Assembly (NCBI GenBank): GCA_947570505.1
Contig: CANOTH010000002.1
Coordinates: 1,354 to 65,353, forward strand
DNA from: an uncultured Candidatus Saccharibacteria bacterium
GTDB lineage: Bacteria; Patescibacteriota; Saccharimonadia; Saccharimonadales; Saccharimonadaceae
DNA: 64,000 nucleotides
Reading direction: 5' to 3'
Below, piece by piece: positions 18,599 through 29,599 of the stretch (its first letter is position 1; the number at the start of each line of letters is the position of its first letter). The notes beneath the pieces are model-generated. The model was not told where the DNA came from, did no database searches, and saw only the letters and a list, made by a program, of their open reading frames with translations. The translations under genes were made by a program, and so were the position numbers.

Positions 18599-20356
18599 TT
18601 ATAGTGAAGTTACGATGCTGCGGACTTGCTTCTTAGTCAGGGCTGTGCCTGAAGAGGTGATTTTGTACAATACCCCGCCATTTACCCAGGCAGCATCGGA
18701 ATTAGCATTAGAGATATAGATTGTGATTCCTTGCTCGTGGGTAGTGACATATTCTTCGCCCCATTTTGGTTCAACATAGTTGCGTAGCAAAGCTGAACTG
18801 TCCCAGGAAGATTTTTCTTCAACTAGAGTAAATGAGGCTTCGGCTGGTCCTTCGAAAATCATGGTAATTTTGCCATCTTCGGAAAAAATATCACCTAAGG
18901 CATAATCTCGTGGAACATAAGATGGGTATGCGGCTTGGATACCAGTCTGCATAGCTGCGACTCGTACGGAAATATCGGGCATATTAGATCCCACGAAGGC
19001 AATTAATCCGCCGACGCAAGCAGCAGCACAAGTAAAAGCAATAGCGAAGCGCTTGAAGCCGGTCTTTTTGCATGGGCGCATAGCAGAACGGGAGCGCTTG
19101 GCGCGAGCTTTGGGTTCGTCCATGGTGGCAACATTGTACAGAGCCTGTTCCATGGCTTTGGTACGGACCTCTGCAGCAGAGAGCTTACGCGCAGGCATAC
19201 GTGACATTTGTGCGCTAGCATTACCAACTGGTCTACTGGCTGGTAACTTCGCATTAGAAACTTTGGCGCGGTTGCGACTACTAGCCGCCATGACTTTGGC
19301 AGAAGATTTAGCCACTTTGGCAGCAGCACGATTGGCTTTGGGTGACAAGGCAACCTTGGCAGATTTTGCTTGGCTTTCCTCTTGTACTTTAGTAGATTTT
19401 TTAGCAATACCGATGAATTTATTGATTGTATCGCCGAGCTCGCGCATTTCTGGGGTATCATGGTGTTCTTTAATATTATTCGCGAAAGCTTGGAGTGAAG
19501 CGATTTGTTCAGAAACTTGGTCGGGTGCAGTAGCACTGCGAATAGAAGCAATAGCTTCAGAAGCAGCTTGAGCAATAGCATCAACCGAATCGTTGACGAT
19601 CGGAGTATTTTGTTCGGTATTATTAGGAGCGGCCACAGCATAACTCTGATAGCCATCACCATATTCTTTAATTGAGGCACTGAGGCTGGCAGTAGCATAG
19701 TCAGCGGCAATATTCATGGCTAGCGCCGTAGTGTCGATTTCGGGAGCAGCCATGGTCGGACTAGTATTCATTGACATAGTCATCTCGGTGGTCGTTGGCA
19801 TTGCCGGGACCATTTGATTCACTTGATCCATACTTTGAGGTATCATGGTGCTATTAGTAGCTGACATACTTGGCTCTAGGCTATTTGTCGGCATGCTGCT
19901 AACTGACGTAATACTATTAGTCGTATTGTTAACTGTTGGAGCCAGAATACTCGTGGCTGACATCTCGGTATTATTGCCATCAGCAGATCTACCAAATTCG
20001 ACTACGTTAGGAATCAATGTTACCGGATTTGCCATTAGATTAGACTCCGTTTCTTGTTCGGCCTGTTTCTTGGCCTCTTCGGCGGCTTTGGCGGCAGCTA
20101 CTCGGGCGGCCTCAGCTTGCTCGCGTTTTTTAGCGGCTTCAAGATCAGCAGCTCGTACACCTAAATTCACTAAACGCGAAGGTATGGCTGGCTCGACCGG
20201 CCTATGGGTAGATTGATTGGCGGTGCGTGCGGCTTCTTCAATGGCTATGGTCATAGGCCGATGTACATAACGGCGATTCAAGGTGGATGAAGGCTGAGTA
20301 ATACGATGAGTAGCTGTGCTTGAACAACTACTAGACTCGATCTGTATCTTGCTCAT
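18599..20356 (-). CDS. Hypothetical membrane-anchored protein (DUF4367-like C-terminus)
   Basis: Low-complexity N-terminus, one TM, YPSYVP motif; GAGGAG SD before ATG 20356. Confidence 0.7.
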   Translation of the reverse strand: MSKIQIESSSCSSTATHRITQPSSTLNRRYVHRPMTIAIEEAARTANQSTHRPVEPAIPSRLVNLGVRAADLEAAKKREQAEAARVAAAKAAEEAKKQAEQETESNLMANPVTLIPNVVEFGRSADGNNTEMSATSILAPTVNNTTNSITSVSSMPTNSLEPSMSATNSTMIPQSMDQVNQMVPAMPTTTEMTMSMNTSPTMAAPEIDTTALAMNIAADYATASLSASIKEYGDGYQSYAVAAPNNTEQNTPIVNDSVDAIAQAASEAIASIRSATAPDQVSEQIASLQAFANNIKEHHDTPEMRELGDTINKFIGIAKKSTKVQEESQAKSAKVALSPKANRAAAKVAKSSAKVMAASSRNRAKVSNAKLPASRPVGNASAQMSRMPARKLSAAEVRTKAMEQALYNVATMDEPKARAKRSRSAMRPCKKTGFKRFAIAFTCAAACVGGLIAFVGSNMPDISVRVAAMQTGIQAAYPSYVPRDYALGDIFSEDGKITMIFEGPAEASFTLVEEKSSWDSSALLRNYVEPKWGEEYVTTHEQGITIYISNANSDAAWVNGGVLYKITSSGTALTKKQVRSIVTSL

Positions 20357-20456
20357 TAATAACTCCTCATCATGTTTTTGCTTATAACCATTATAACTGT
20401 AAGTAGTATAAAAAAGCAAGAGCGAAATTTATGAACGGATATGTTATAATATTGCT

Positions 20457-22034
20457 ATGGATTTTGAAGAACGTGTTCGACGCAAGCGACGACAGGCTAT
20501 CAGGGCTTTGGTGGCGGAAGTAGGGATGGTTTTGTCGATTGTAGCCATTGTGGTGGTGGCGACTTTGGTGGCAATGGGATTTTTCGTGGGACGCGATGGT
20601 AAGATTGAACAATCTGGTTTGATTCAAATTCACTCTATGCCGACTGGTGCGAGTGTGGAGCTGGATGGGGCGACCTTGTTTTCGCGGACGAATTTGAGTC
20701 GCTCAATGCCAGCGGGTGAACATCAATTAAAATTATCTCGTGATGGTTATGATTCTTGGTCAAAGACAGTAAAGATGTATTCAGGGATGCTGATTCGACT
20801 TTATTATCCGCGATTATTTTTGCAAGATCGGAAGTCTGAGTCAGTGATGCGTTTAGGCGATGATTTGGCATTTTATTTTCCTTCCACAGATTATAATAAC
20901 ATATTATATGCTCGTCCTAAGAGTACGGCTTGGCATTTAGTTAATATTCGTAATGATGATGTGCGAGATACGGTGCTAGAGCTTGGTGAGATTTTGCCGG
21001 GGGTGAAGGAAAAGATTTTTACTGGTGAAATAGCGGAGATGATCTGGAGCAAGAATGGTGATGCGATTTTGGTAAAAGTGAAAGTGGCGGAAAGGTCAGA
21101 GTGGGTTCTAATTAATTTGAAAGATATTAAGCAGAGTTTGAATTTAACTAAGACTTTTGGCTTAAATATTGATCATATAGAGATGATTGATGATTCGGCG
21201 GCGCAACTGTTCGTGCTAGAGAATCATCAATTAAGAAAGATTAATACTAACGATCGAACAATTTCGCGAGTTTTATTAAACAATATTCAAAGTTTTTCGA
21301 GCTACAATAATAAAGTAATGTATGTTGCGACAGTAGCAGAAGGAGAGGCGAGAAAGCAACAAGTTGGAGTTTATCGCGATGGTGATCAGGGGGGCACGGT
21401 GATTGCCGAGGCTGAGCCGGATGACAGAATTTTAGTGGCAATTTCTAAGTATTATGATGATGAATATATGACTTACATTATTAATGATGAGATGACGATT
21501 CATTACGGCCCAGTGCCAGCTTATAGAGAGAATGCTAAGGAAACAGATTTTACAGGTTTTAAGACCTTGTTGGCGAAGCTAAAATTGAAGATTGTCCCGG
21601 AGAAGCTGGTTTTGAGCCCGAATGCAGATTATTTGGTGGCGAGTCAAGGATTGAATTTGGCGGTGGTGGATTTGGAGATGGGGGAAGTCTTTGAGTATGA
21701 ATCAAATTCGGAAAGGTTGGACTGGTTTGATAATAGTATGATTGCGAGTACGGTAGATGGAAGTTTGGTAGTCTGGGATTTTGATCATACGAATTTGCGT
21801 ACTTTGGTGCAGCAAAAGAAACTTGATGTTGAGGGCGATGAGAACCTGAACGATGATCTAAACGCAACAGGATTAAAGCAAGACGATAGCGCTGAGCCGA
21901 AAACTGTGACGACCTTTATTAATGCTGAAGTGGCGCATTATCCGGCATTAGTTTCCAGCAATAATCGCTTTATGTATTATGTAGTGAAGACGCATGATGG
22001 CTTGACTTTGATGCGGGAGCGCATTCGGGACTAA
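20457..22034 (+). CDS. PEGA-domain membrane protein
   Basis: TM then SMPTGASVELDG...GEHQLKLSRDGYDSW. Confidence 0.8.
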   Translation: MDFEERVRRKRRQAIRALVAEVGMVLSIVAIVVVATLVAMGFFVGRDGKIEQSGLIQIHSMPTGASVELDGATLFSRTNLSRSMPAGEHQLKLSRDGYDSWSKTVKMYSGMLIRLYYPRLFLQDRKSESVMRLGDDLAFYFPSTDYNNILYARPKSTAWHLVNIRNDDVRDTVLELGEILPGVKEKIFTGEIAEMIWSKNGDAILVKVKVAERSEWVLINLKDIKQSLNLTKTFGLNIDHIEMIDDSAAQLFVLENHQLRKINTNDRTISRVLLNNIQSFSSYNNKVMYVATVAEGEARKQQVGVYRDGDQGGTVIAEAEPDDRILVAISKYYDDEYMTYIINDEMTIHYGPVPAYRENAKETDFTGFKTLLAKLKLKIVPEKLVLSPNADYLVASQGLNLAVVDLEMGEVFEYESNSERLDWFDNSMIASTVDGSLVVWDFDHTNLRTLVQQKKLDVEGDENLNDDLNATGLKQDDSAEPKTVTTFINAEVAHYPALVSSNNRFMYYVVKTHDGLTLMRERIRD

Positions 22035-22040
22035 GTGTGA

Positions 22041-23315
22041 TTACTTTCCAGTCAGCCAGTTCCAGATTCCCTCAAAGAAAGATGGTTCGTTGGCGGGCAT
22101 AGACGGGGTACTATCAGAACTATCAGGGACGGATGGCTCGGGTGTGGTGGTCTCATCACCATTGTAATTTGGACTAATCTGCTCAGCGGTGATGAGGAGG
22201 CGGTATTTAGAAGTGCCGAGCGGAGTGCAGGTGATTAGGGTGAGCATGGGTTTGTCGGTTTCGTAAATTAGGGCGGAAACGTCAGTGGGCTCGACGACTT
22301 CACTGCGGGTCATTTGATAAGTGTAACGTACTGAATTGTAATTAATATAGATTAGGTCGCCTACAGCTAACCGTTCTAAACCAGAGAAAATGAACTTGTA
22401 CTGATTACCATTGTAAATGTCGCCTGAAGAATGTCCGGAGATGGCCAAATTACCAATCTGGCCTGGTAAAGCATTGGCTCCGGGAATAGCAAATTGCGCT
22501 ACTCCTTGGTTCATTGCAGCATCGACTTCTTCAGTACTAATGCCAAAAACGATTGGACTGTCGACGTTGAGCTTCGGTATGATTAGCCGGGGATCAGGTG
22601 AAATTTCTCCAGTGACGGTAGGGTCAATTGCTTCAATACTGGTGCTAGGATTGCCTCCTGGTGAGATATAGGCCATAATTGGGGTAAAAATGAGACGGTT
22701 GTATTGCAAAAAAAGAACTAGGAGGATCAAACAGCCGACTATGCCGATAGGAATGAAGTGCTTAAATTTATGCGTGCGTTCAACTTCGCCAGTAGCGATG
22801 CGCTCAGTTTTCATTTTTTCAGTGGCAAGGTAGCTTTGAGCGGCTTTGGCATAGTATTCACTGTAATAATTTTTGTAGTAATCTTGCCAAGCCGAATGGT
22901 ATTTTTTCCACTCGTCGTTGATAGCCCGTTGATTAATATCGGTGTCTTTGAGGGTGGTTGGAGTAGTAGAAGGTAATGTTTGATTTTCGGCTGCAGCAGT
23001 ATAATTCGGTATTTCGTGGACGGGAGGCGAAGTCTGAGTAGTGGAGGAGTTGCCGGTGTTAGGAGCACTATAAATAGCTGATCGTTCTTGATAATAACTT
23101 TGATTGGGCTGCTGCATCCAATTTTGGTGGGGTGACTGATAGGATGATTGATTAGCAGAATCTTTGAGGATGATTTTTTTGGCACTAGGCGGAAGATTTT
23201 TAAGATTTTTGACAGTAGAAGAATAGGCTGTTAAAACCTTATTGCGCGCAATCTCGGCGGCAGTATGTCGCTGTTGCTGTTCTGAAGATGTTTGCCCACC
23301 TTTATCAAAATCCAT
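22041..23315 (-). CDS. Sortase
   Basis: IPKLNV, ISGHS and LTLITCTP...R motifs. Confidence 0.9.
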   Translation of the reverse strand: MDFDKGGQTSSEQQQRHTAAEIARNKVLTAYSSTVKNLKNLPPSAKKIILKDSANQSSYQSPHQNWMQQPNQSYYQERSAIYSAPNTGNSSTTQTSPPVHEIPNYTAAAENQTLPSTTPTTLKDTDINQRAINDEWKKYHSAWQDYYKNYYSEYYAKAAQSYLATEKMKTERIATGEVERTHKFKHFIPIGIVGCLILLVLFLQYNRLIFTPIMAYISPGGNPSTSIEAIDPTVTGEISPDPRLIIPKLNVDSPIVFGISTEEVDAAMNQGVAQFAIPGANALPGQIGNLAISGHSSGDIYNGNQYKFIFSGLERLAVGDLIYINYNSVRYTYQMTRSEVVEPTDVSALIYETDKPMLTLITCTPLGTSKYRLLITAEQISPNYNGDETTTPEPSVPDSSDSTPSMPANEPSFFEGIWNWLTGK

Positions 23316-23360
23316 ATTGTATCTATTATAACACAAAAAAGTGTGTTATAATGAAGACAT

Positions 23361-23447
23361 GGGCGAGTGGCGGAACTGGTAGACGCGCTAGACTCAAAAT
23401 CTTGTTCTCGCAAGGGAGTGAGGGTTCAAGTCCCTCCTCGCCCACCA
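23361..23447 (+). tRNA. tRNA-Leu(CAA)
   Basis: GGGCGAG/CTCGCCC acceptor stem, CAA anticodon, long variable arm, CCA end. Confidence 0.95.
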
Positions 23448-25154
23448 TATGGCTTTAAGAGCCATTTTTTGTTCATTTGACCCCTGTTGAACGGACAATT
23501 TTTCTGTTAAAGCCCTGAGGGGAAAAATTTCTCCGTCTTGGTCGACAGTTTCATCTAATTCTTTCAGCCATTTATACGGTTCTACCTCTATTCTTTTGGC
23601 TGTTAATGCCCTATGGCGAGTGGGTATAATACGACCGTCATAATCTTTTGTTCCCAACGGAACTTCTTTTAAGACAGGACAGCGTCCAATGGAAAGTAAT
23701 AGCGAGCGGCGTACAGATGGTTCATTGGTGGCATTAAACTTTTCTCTAGGGTTTACTAAGTTTTTAAGTGTATTTCCTATTACTTCATACCAGTTTTTGT
23801 TCCTCTCCTTAGCGTCTTGGTTAGCTTGTTTGAGGTCTGATTTAAGTTTTTTGAGTTCCTTTGCTTTAATCTCAAACTCTTCGTCATCAATTAGTTCTCT
23901 AGTTCTCATGTCAATTAAGGTATTTAATCGTTTGTCGCAGTCTTTTATACTGTCATTTTGAGCACAAGCTACGTCGTATCTCTCGGTTATTTCTTTGGTA
24001 TGAATTTCGCCTAATACTTCCATAGCCCATTCGTATAGTTTAGGGTGAAGTGTATAGTGGTCAAAGATGGCATCAATCTGTCTAAAAGCTTCTTCTTCCT
24101 CGATACCGCCATGTAGTTCACATTTGCGATATGGGCTTTTCTTGGTGCATTTATAGTAAGTGTGGTCATTATATGTTCCGTCTGCCAATAAACGATCATG
24201 GTGTTCGCCAATAATAGCACAGCCACAGCTGGCACAGGTCAATAAGCCTTTGAGTTCATGACGGATTTTTGTCTTATTATATGAAATCGGACGGCGATTA
24301 TACTTTTCTATATTTTCATTTTTCATTCGTTGAATTGTCTTATATTGTTCTAGGGTAATCATTGCTGGCCAATCGCCATCATGGAGGATGGTCTTGTCGT
24401 CATAATCTCTAATTTTTCCAGCATAGAATGGATTGCCTAGCATGTCATATAAGATTTTTAGGGTTAAAGGTTTACCTCCTAAATGTTTGTGTTTGGTAGT
24501 GCGATAGCCCCAGTCGTTATTCATGATGTTTAACAGCTCGCTAACGGTATAATTGCCTGTTAGAAGTAGTGTAAACATTTTTTGAATTAGTGGGAAAGTT
24601 TTAGGGTCAGGAACGATGATTGCTTGATTATTGTCATCATGTTTATTCAGATAGCCTTGAGGCGTCATATGATTCCATCCACCTCGTTTATTTTTGCTAT
24701 GCATGCCACGCCTCACGTTTCGGCTTAAATCGATGGAATACTGGGCATTTGAGCCACCCTCAACACCTAACTGGATAAGGTTAGTGTCGGGATAATAATT
24801 TTGCGAGCTTGTGGCAATCATCTGAATATCGCCGTTAATTAACAGCTGCTGAATAATGCCATTTTCTTCTGGGTTACGTGATAGACGATTTGTTTGCCAA
24901 CAGATAATAGCGTTTGCTTTATCTTGTCTAAGCATTTTAATCATTTGGTCAAACTTTGGGCGATTATGAGGCTTACGGGCTGAAGCTGCCTCTCTAAATG
25001 TCTTAATAACCTTGTAACCGTTCTTTTTAGCTAAACCTTCGGCAAATTCAAGCTGATCATCTAAAGAAGCAACTTGTCTATCTTCGCCCTCTGTTGACTT
25101 GCGTACATAAATGATAAACTTTAACTTTTTAGGGTCTATATCTAAATTATTCAT
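23394..25154 (-). CDS. Large serine recombinase
   Basis: YVRKST catalytic motif, RLSRN, recombinase domain, CxxC zinc ribbon, coiled coil; AGGAG SD. Confidence 0.92.
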   Translation of the reverse strand: MNNLDIDPKKLKFIIYVRKSTEGEDRQVASLDDQLEFAEGLAKKNGYKVIKTFREAASARKPHNRPKFDQMIKMLRQDKANAIICWQTNRLSRNPEENGIIQQLLINGDIQMIATSSQNYYPDTNLIQLGVEGGSNAQYSIDLSRNVRRGMHSKNKRGGWNHMTPQGYLNKHDDNNQAIIVPDPKTFPLIQKMFTLLLTGNYTVSELLNIMNNDWGYRTTKHKHLGGKPLTLKILYDMLGNPFYAGKIRDYDDKTILHDGDWPAMITLEQYKTIQRMKNENIEKYNRRPISYNKTKIRHELKGLLTCASCGCAIIGEHHDRLLADGTYNDHTYYKCTKKSPYRKCELHGGIEEEEAFRQIDAIFDHYTLHPKLYEWAMEVLGEIHTKEITERYDVACAQNDSIKDCDKRLNTLIDMRTRELIDDEEFEIKAKELKKLKSDLKQANQDAKERNKNWYEVIGNTLKNLVNPREKFNATNEPSVRRSLLLSIGRCPVLKEVPLGTKDYDGRIIPTRHRALTAKRIEVEPYKWLKELDETVDQDGEIFPLRALTEKLSVQQGSNEQKMALKAIWWARRDLNPHSLARTRF

Positions 25155-25288
25155 TTTCTCGTCTCCTAAGTTTAATTGTCGTGGTTTTGGCGTAAAAAGT
25201 ATAGCCCCATTTTCCTGTGGTTTTATCAACTTTATTGAGAGGCTATACTTTATACAAAATGTAGCATTAGCACTAAGCTTTTGTGCTA

Positions 25289-25657
25289 TTAACGTTGTGC
25301 TGAGGTGCCGTTGTCAGCTTGCCTTGTAATTTTTACCTCAACATTAAATGTGACAGGGGGCAATTTTTCCATATCAGTAGTATATAAAGTCCGCTTAGGC
25401 ATTTGTTGATTTTCGTGAATAAAACTGCGTAGCCAATCTCCTAAAAAACAGACATCTTGCTCAGTACTAATATTAAAGACCGTCTTGTCCATACGTTTCT
25501 TGTAGTATTCCGCTGCCTTGTTGCCTGGCAAAAAGGTTAACGTAACCCAAACTACCCCTTCTTCGTCTTGGCATTCTGGAAAGACATGATAATCTAAAAT
25601 GCGTACTGGGTTGTCTTTTGTGGTATGAGGAGGCTGAAAATCAGGAAGCTCTAGCAA
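25289..25657 (-). CDS. Hypothetical protein (element)
   Basis: 122 aa ORF with TTG start after GGAGG. Confidence 0.5.
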   Translation of the reverse strand: MLELPDFQPPHTTKDNPVRILDYHVFPECQDEEGVVWVTLTFLPGNKAAEYYKKRMDKTVFNISTEQDVCFLGDWLRSFIHENQQMPKRTLYTTDMEKLPPVTFNVEVKITRQADNGTSAQR

Positions 25658-25933
25658 TTCTTGTTCAAGCCTCCCCCAAGTTCTTTAATGCTAAATTCTT
25701 CGCATTTAAGTTCGCCATTTTTATCAAAATAGCAGTCATCATTTATACTTAATAAAGGTGGCAGGCTTTTCTCTTTGATTGGTTTATTCATTTTTAACTC
25801 CTTTTTTATTACTCTTTTGTCGATTAATTCTTGGGTTTGTAATAATAGTGAAACTTTACGTTTTGCACTTTATCTAGCCATGCTTTGACAGTTCTGCTCG
25901 CGTCTTTACTAAACTTAGTTGTCATATTTCTCC

Positions 25934-26479
25934 TTAAAATGGAATCTCGTCCATGTTAATGTTTTCAATATCCTCCAAGTCTTCCGAAATATCTTCTGGT
26001 ACAACTTCGTCTTTACCTTCATCCTGATGGGTCATATTTAGTAAACGGCTAGCGGCTTTCTTGTTGATATTTTCGCCAGCCTTATGAACCACCACCGCCA
26101 ATAGTTTTTGTCCTACACCACTACCATAATTGTTGTTATATGCGTACGCAGTAGCAACCATGGTAATTACCGCTCCATCATCTAATTTTTCGCGTGCATC
26201 AGTGCCATCTCGGTCAATAACTTCTGTTTTACTAGTTAACTTAAATCGATACGTCAGTAAATCGCCTGATCCGGAAAACTTTGCTACACCTGGCTCGTCT
26301 TTACCAAGGTTGTTTAACTTTACCCAATCCGTAACAGCTTCTTTTACTTCTGGATTGTGAACGTTAATTGCTAAGTATGGGGTGCGATTTTCTTCGGCTT
26401 TTAGGCAAGCGTCTTCGACTTTTACATTTAATAGCGTTAATTCTTCTGGTTTATTCTCGTTAAATTGTACTTTGGTCAT
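25934..26479 (-). CDS. Putative phage-type single-stranded DNA-binding protein
   Basis: Beta-rich core and acidic tail ending MDEIPF. Confidence 0.65.
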   Translation of the reverse strand: MTKVQFNENKPEELTLLNVKVEDACLKAEENRTPYLAINVHNPEVKEAVTDWVKLNNLGKDEPGVAKFSGSGDLLTYRFKLTSKTEVIDRDGTDAREKLDDGAVITMVATAYAYNNNYGSGVGQKLLAVVVHKAGENINKKAASRLLNMTHQDEGKDEVVPEDISEDLEDIENINMDEIPF

Positions 26480-26573
26480 ATTTTATTCCTTGTGTTAGAT
26501 TGGTGTTTTTTGTAGGCTTAGCTAGGGTGGCAATCTAACTGTAATTCTTCCTAAAGGTTTCATGCTTAAACTC

Positions 26574-28121
26574 CTAGTCTTGTTGACGTTTGCGTAAAAT
26601 TACTGTTCTCCTGCCATTTTGCCAAATCGATTTGCCATCTTTGGTGCACTCTACGTCAATTCCTACCGCTGACAATACTGCTTGGCAACGTGCTAGTTCT
26701 TTAATAAGTGAAGCAGCATTCTTCGGGAAATATGGGTTCGACTTAATCTCTTGCCGAATCTCGATTTCCTCAGGAGTAATTTCATGACCATCCTTAATGG
26801 TTAGTGACCATAGTTCAAATGGCGAGCCAGTCCATTCAGCACTGCTGGTTAGCAGATATTGAATTGCTTGGGCTACGGGGTTCGATTCCAGAATAAAATC
26901 ATTGGAACGTTCACGCATTTTCTTGTATGCTTTAAGGAAGTCGTTGCCACTATAGCCTTCGATACTAGAGGCTACCCAATACCCAACTTCGCTAAAATCA
27001 ACGAGCCTTGACAATAAAACTCTGGAAGCCTTTGGAATCTCAAGTGTATTAAGTTTCTTGAGCGTGCCTGATAATATATTAAAAATCGTGCCTAAAATCT
27101 CTGGTTTATGTTCTTCAAGATACCTATCAAGTTCCGCCTGCGACAGTCTATCGGAAGCCTTAATGCGTTTTAGAGAGAAGCACACAGCTCTGTCGATAAG
27201 GTCGGGACGATTAGCTACTTTTGGAATCCCGTTAATAAGCGTGGTTCTATAAATATCTCCATGAATTGAACTGTCTTCGGTCGTAAAAAGTGTCCTGCGA
27301 ATCGTTGTGCCACCTGTACTAAGGGTTGCTAAAGTGTCCGAGCATTCACCACTAAGCCTTGAGACGTTATCAAAGAATGGAACGTATGACTGAGAGGCAA
27401 CTCTCCTTAGCTCATCCGCATTGCGAATCATACCAATGCCCGAAGATAGACTAGACGGGTCAATGAGGTTAGATACTAGCCTCAAAAAGGAGGTCTTGCC
27501 TGCGCCGTGGCTCCCATCTACTAAGCACGTAGGTTTAGGATAGTTTGAAATATACGCAGCTACGAGGAAAACTTGGAATACTAACCAGTCGTCATCCGAC
27601 AGATTAGGAATTAAGGGTCGTAGAGTGTCTAAACTTCTTCCGTCATGTTTCATTGGTTTTACTTGCGGGTGTAAGTGTTTATAGCATCGGAACTTAACTG
27701 GCGTCGGTACAAGTTGCCATCCGTCATCGTCAACTTCAACCGCAAATTGACCATCCCTAAGGTCGTACCATAGCCTACCAGGAACGCCATTATGAGTGTT
27801 TTCTTTTGCAACTCGTACGTTTAGCGGAATGGTTTCGCCATCCACCTCAGCAATGCAGTCCAAGATCGCCTGAACGTCTTCGATTAGTCCCCTATTCACG
27901 TCATAGCGGTTCTCGTGCTTTACGAGCCAATGCCTAATAAACTTGGTGCACTCTTTGCTTTGCGTTGGGAAGACATTTGCGCCATTCTTGCCAACTGCTA
28001 AATGTCCAATACCCTCTTGGTCTTTGAATAGTAATACTTCTTCCTGAAGTTTTTCGATCACTTCGGTTTTGGACATTGATTTTTTGTCTTCGTCTGTGGT
28101 AGAATTATCCGTATCGGACAT
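26574..28121 (-). CDS. P-loop NTPase, replication helicase-like
   Basis: GSHGAGKT Walker A, FFDN Walker B, RTLFT and RPDLIDR motifs. Confidence 0.75.
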   Translation of the reverse strand: MSDTDNSTTDEDKKSMSKTEVIEKLQEEVLLFKDQEGIGHLAVGKNGANVFPTQSKECTKFIRHWLVKHENRYDVNRGLIEDVQAILDCIAEVDGETIPLNVRVAKENTHNGVPGRLWYDLRDGQFAVEVDDDGWQLVPTPVKFRCYKHLHPQVKPMKHDGRSLDTLRPLIPNLSDDDWLVFQVFLVAAYISNYPKPTCLVDGSHGAGKTSFLRLVSNLIDPSSLSSGIGMIRNADELRRVASQSYVPFFDNVSRLSGECSDTLATLSTGGTTIRRTLFTTEDSSIHGDIYRTTLINGIPKVANRPDLIDRAVCFSLKRIKASDRLSQAELDRYLEEHKPEILGTIFNILSGTLKKLNTLEIPKASRVLLSRLVDFSEVGYWVASSIEGYSGNDFLKAYKKMRERSNDFILESNPVAQAIQYLLTSSAEWTGSPFELWSLTIKDGHEITPEEIEIRQEIKSNPYFPKNAASLIKELARCQAVLSAVGIDVECTKDGKSIWQNGRRTVILRKRQQD

Positions 28122-28336
28122 TACACCTCGCTTTCTTTGGAAGCGTCCCGGAGCAAGCGTCCAGCGGTATAGCGAACAATGGATGTTGCCGCCTCATAGA
28201 GCTCGTCTTCCTGGAGGTCTAGTGTAGCGTGCTCATGTAATAACTGGCGGAGTTGTCCAAGTCGCTTTTTGCTGAAGGCTCGTTCCATGGGCTTCCCTTT
28301 GATTAATGGCTCGGCTATTTTTGCGAACCTGAGCAC
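28121..28336 (-). CDS. Small hypothetical protein (element)
   Basis: Stop overlaps the NTPase start; start uncertain. Confidence 0.55.
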   Translation of the reverse strand: MLRFAKIAEPLIKGKPMERAFSKKRLGQLRQLLHEHATLDLQEDELYEAATSIVRYTAGRLLRDASKESEV

Positions 28337-28396
28337 ATTAAATCACAGTATGAAATACGGCATTGCTACCGTATTTATCTAAGCGAAAGATAGTTT

Positions 28397-29323
28397 TTAT
28401 TTACCGATGTTTCTTTTGCGTTTTTTAGACAATCTTTCTATTTCATTTAGCACTTGTACCGTATCGATTCCAAGTTCTTCTAGTGTCTTTTCCGTTACTT
28501 CCGTACGTATTCTGAAAGAACGTTCTAAGCGAGGGATTTTCTCGAAAAATATCTTCCCAAGTAATTCTGATCCTAGAAAATCGTTAATGAGGCTCGACAT
28601 GTTGCGTTGATATTTGATGTCGATTTTATCGATGTCTATAGTTGTAAAAATATCACTATCTGGAATTGCCTCACTGAAGGCATACTTGGCAATACTTCCA
28701 ATAGCACTCGGAATCATCGTTCTGATTTTGATGTTATTTATAAAAATAGTAACGTCTTGTAGGCTGCCGTCATTAATGTTCGGGTTTATTTCGCAGTGTA
28801 GCCTAAGTGGAAAACTGGTTATTGGTTTTTCATGAAAGGATTTGGTATCTTTGTTACTCTTATCGTGAGGAAATCCGCTATTTGAGCCATTATATTCGAC
28901 TACCATTTGCTCATAGGTTTGTTCAAAGGATGCTAATGGTTTAATCTTAAAAGTTGTTATACTACTCCTGTCGGCTTCGGCTTTTCTTTGTTTATCGAGA
29001 AGGTTTATTTGACGCCACATTTCTGCACTCTTGTTGTCTTTTGCAAAAAAGTATTCTGCAGTATCTAATGTTTCTTTAGCTTTTTTGTATTCATTGTCGT
29101 ATTCATAAAATAGTGCTGAGTATTTTACCTCGCAGTCGTACACAATTACCTCTTTCTGAGATAGGTACTTTAGAGCCTCTTTTAACTTGCTTTCTGAAGT
29201 GCCTTGAGGCAGTTGATTGGATTTTAACACCACTAAAGATGGATCAATTTGTACTTTTAGCTCATCGTGAAGAAGTTGCAATATATTGGCTACATTTTTG
29301 TATGCTTCGCAAGATAATTCCAT
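28397..29323 (-). CDS. Hypothetical protein (element)
   Basis: Long ORF after TTGACT-17-TATAAT (29334-29362). Confidence 0.7.
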   Translation of the reverse strand: MELSCEAYKNVANILQLLHDELKVQIDPSLVVLKSNQLPQGTSESKLKEALKYLSQKEVIVYDCEVKYSALFYEYDNEYKKAKETLDTAEYFFAKDNKSAEMWRQINLLDKQRKAEADRSSITTFKIKPLASFEQTYEQMVVEYNGSNSGFPHDKSNKDTKSFHEKPITSFPLRLHCEINPNINDGSLQDVTIFINNIKIRTMIPSAIGSIAKYAFSEAIPDSDIFTTIDIDKIDIKYQRNMSSLINDFLGSELLGKIFFEKIPRLERSFRIRTEVTEKTLEELGIDTVQVLNEIERLSKKRKRNIGK

Positions 29324-29431
29324 ATTACTTTTTATTATACTCTCCACCCCTGTAAAAGTCAAGTCCGACCTCTGTTTACATTAGCGAAAAACTATCTTCT
29401 TTTTTGAGGGGAAATGTGGTATAATAGAATT

Positions 29432-29566
29432 GCTTAAGATTCAACAAGGTAATTTGCTAACAGCAATCTGTTAGTTTCAAGAGAAAATGCGGCTATGTAC
29501 GCAAATTTGGCTCTTGAAGCGCAGTTTGTTGGGTCTTAAGCGACTAAGTACATGGTCGCATTTTTT
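29432..29566 (+). ncRNA. Putative structured leader or small RNA
   Basis: 16 bp closing stem with two G-U pairs, two internal hairpins and an overlapping terminator-like hairpin; follows TGTGGTATAAT. Confidence 0.55.
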
Positions 29567-29599
29567 GTTATTAAGCGACCGGAAAGGGCAAAACAAGAA

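Noticed and set aside
25651-25791. Possible G5 frameshift joining a 46 aa ORF to 25289-25657
   Set aside because: GGAGG there equally serves as an SD for the TTG start; no further evidence.
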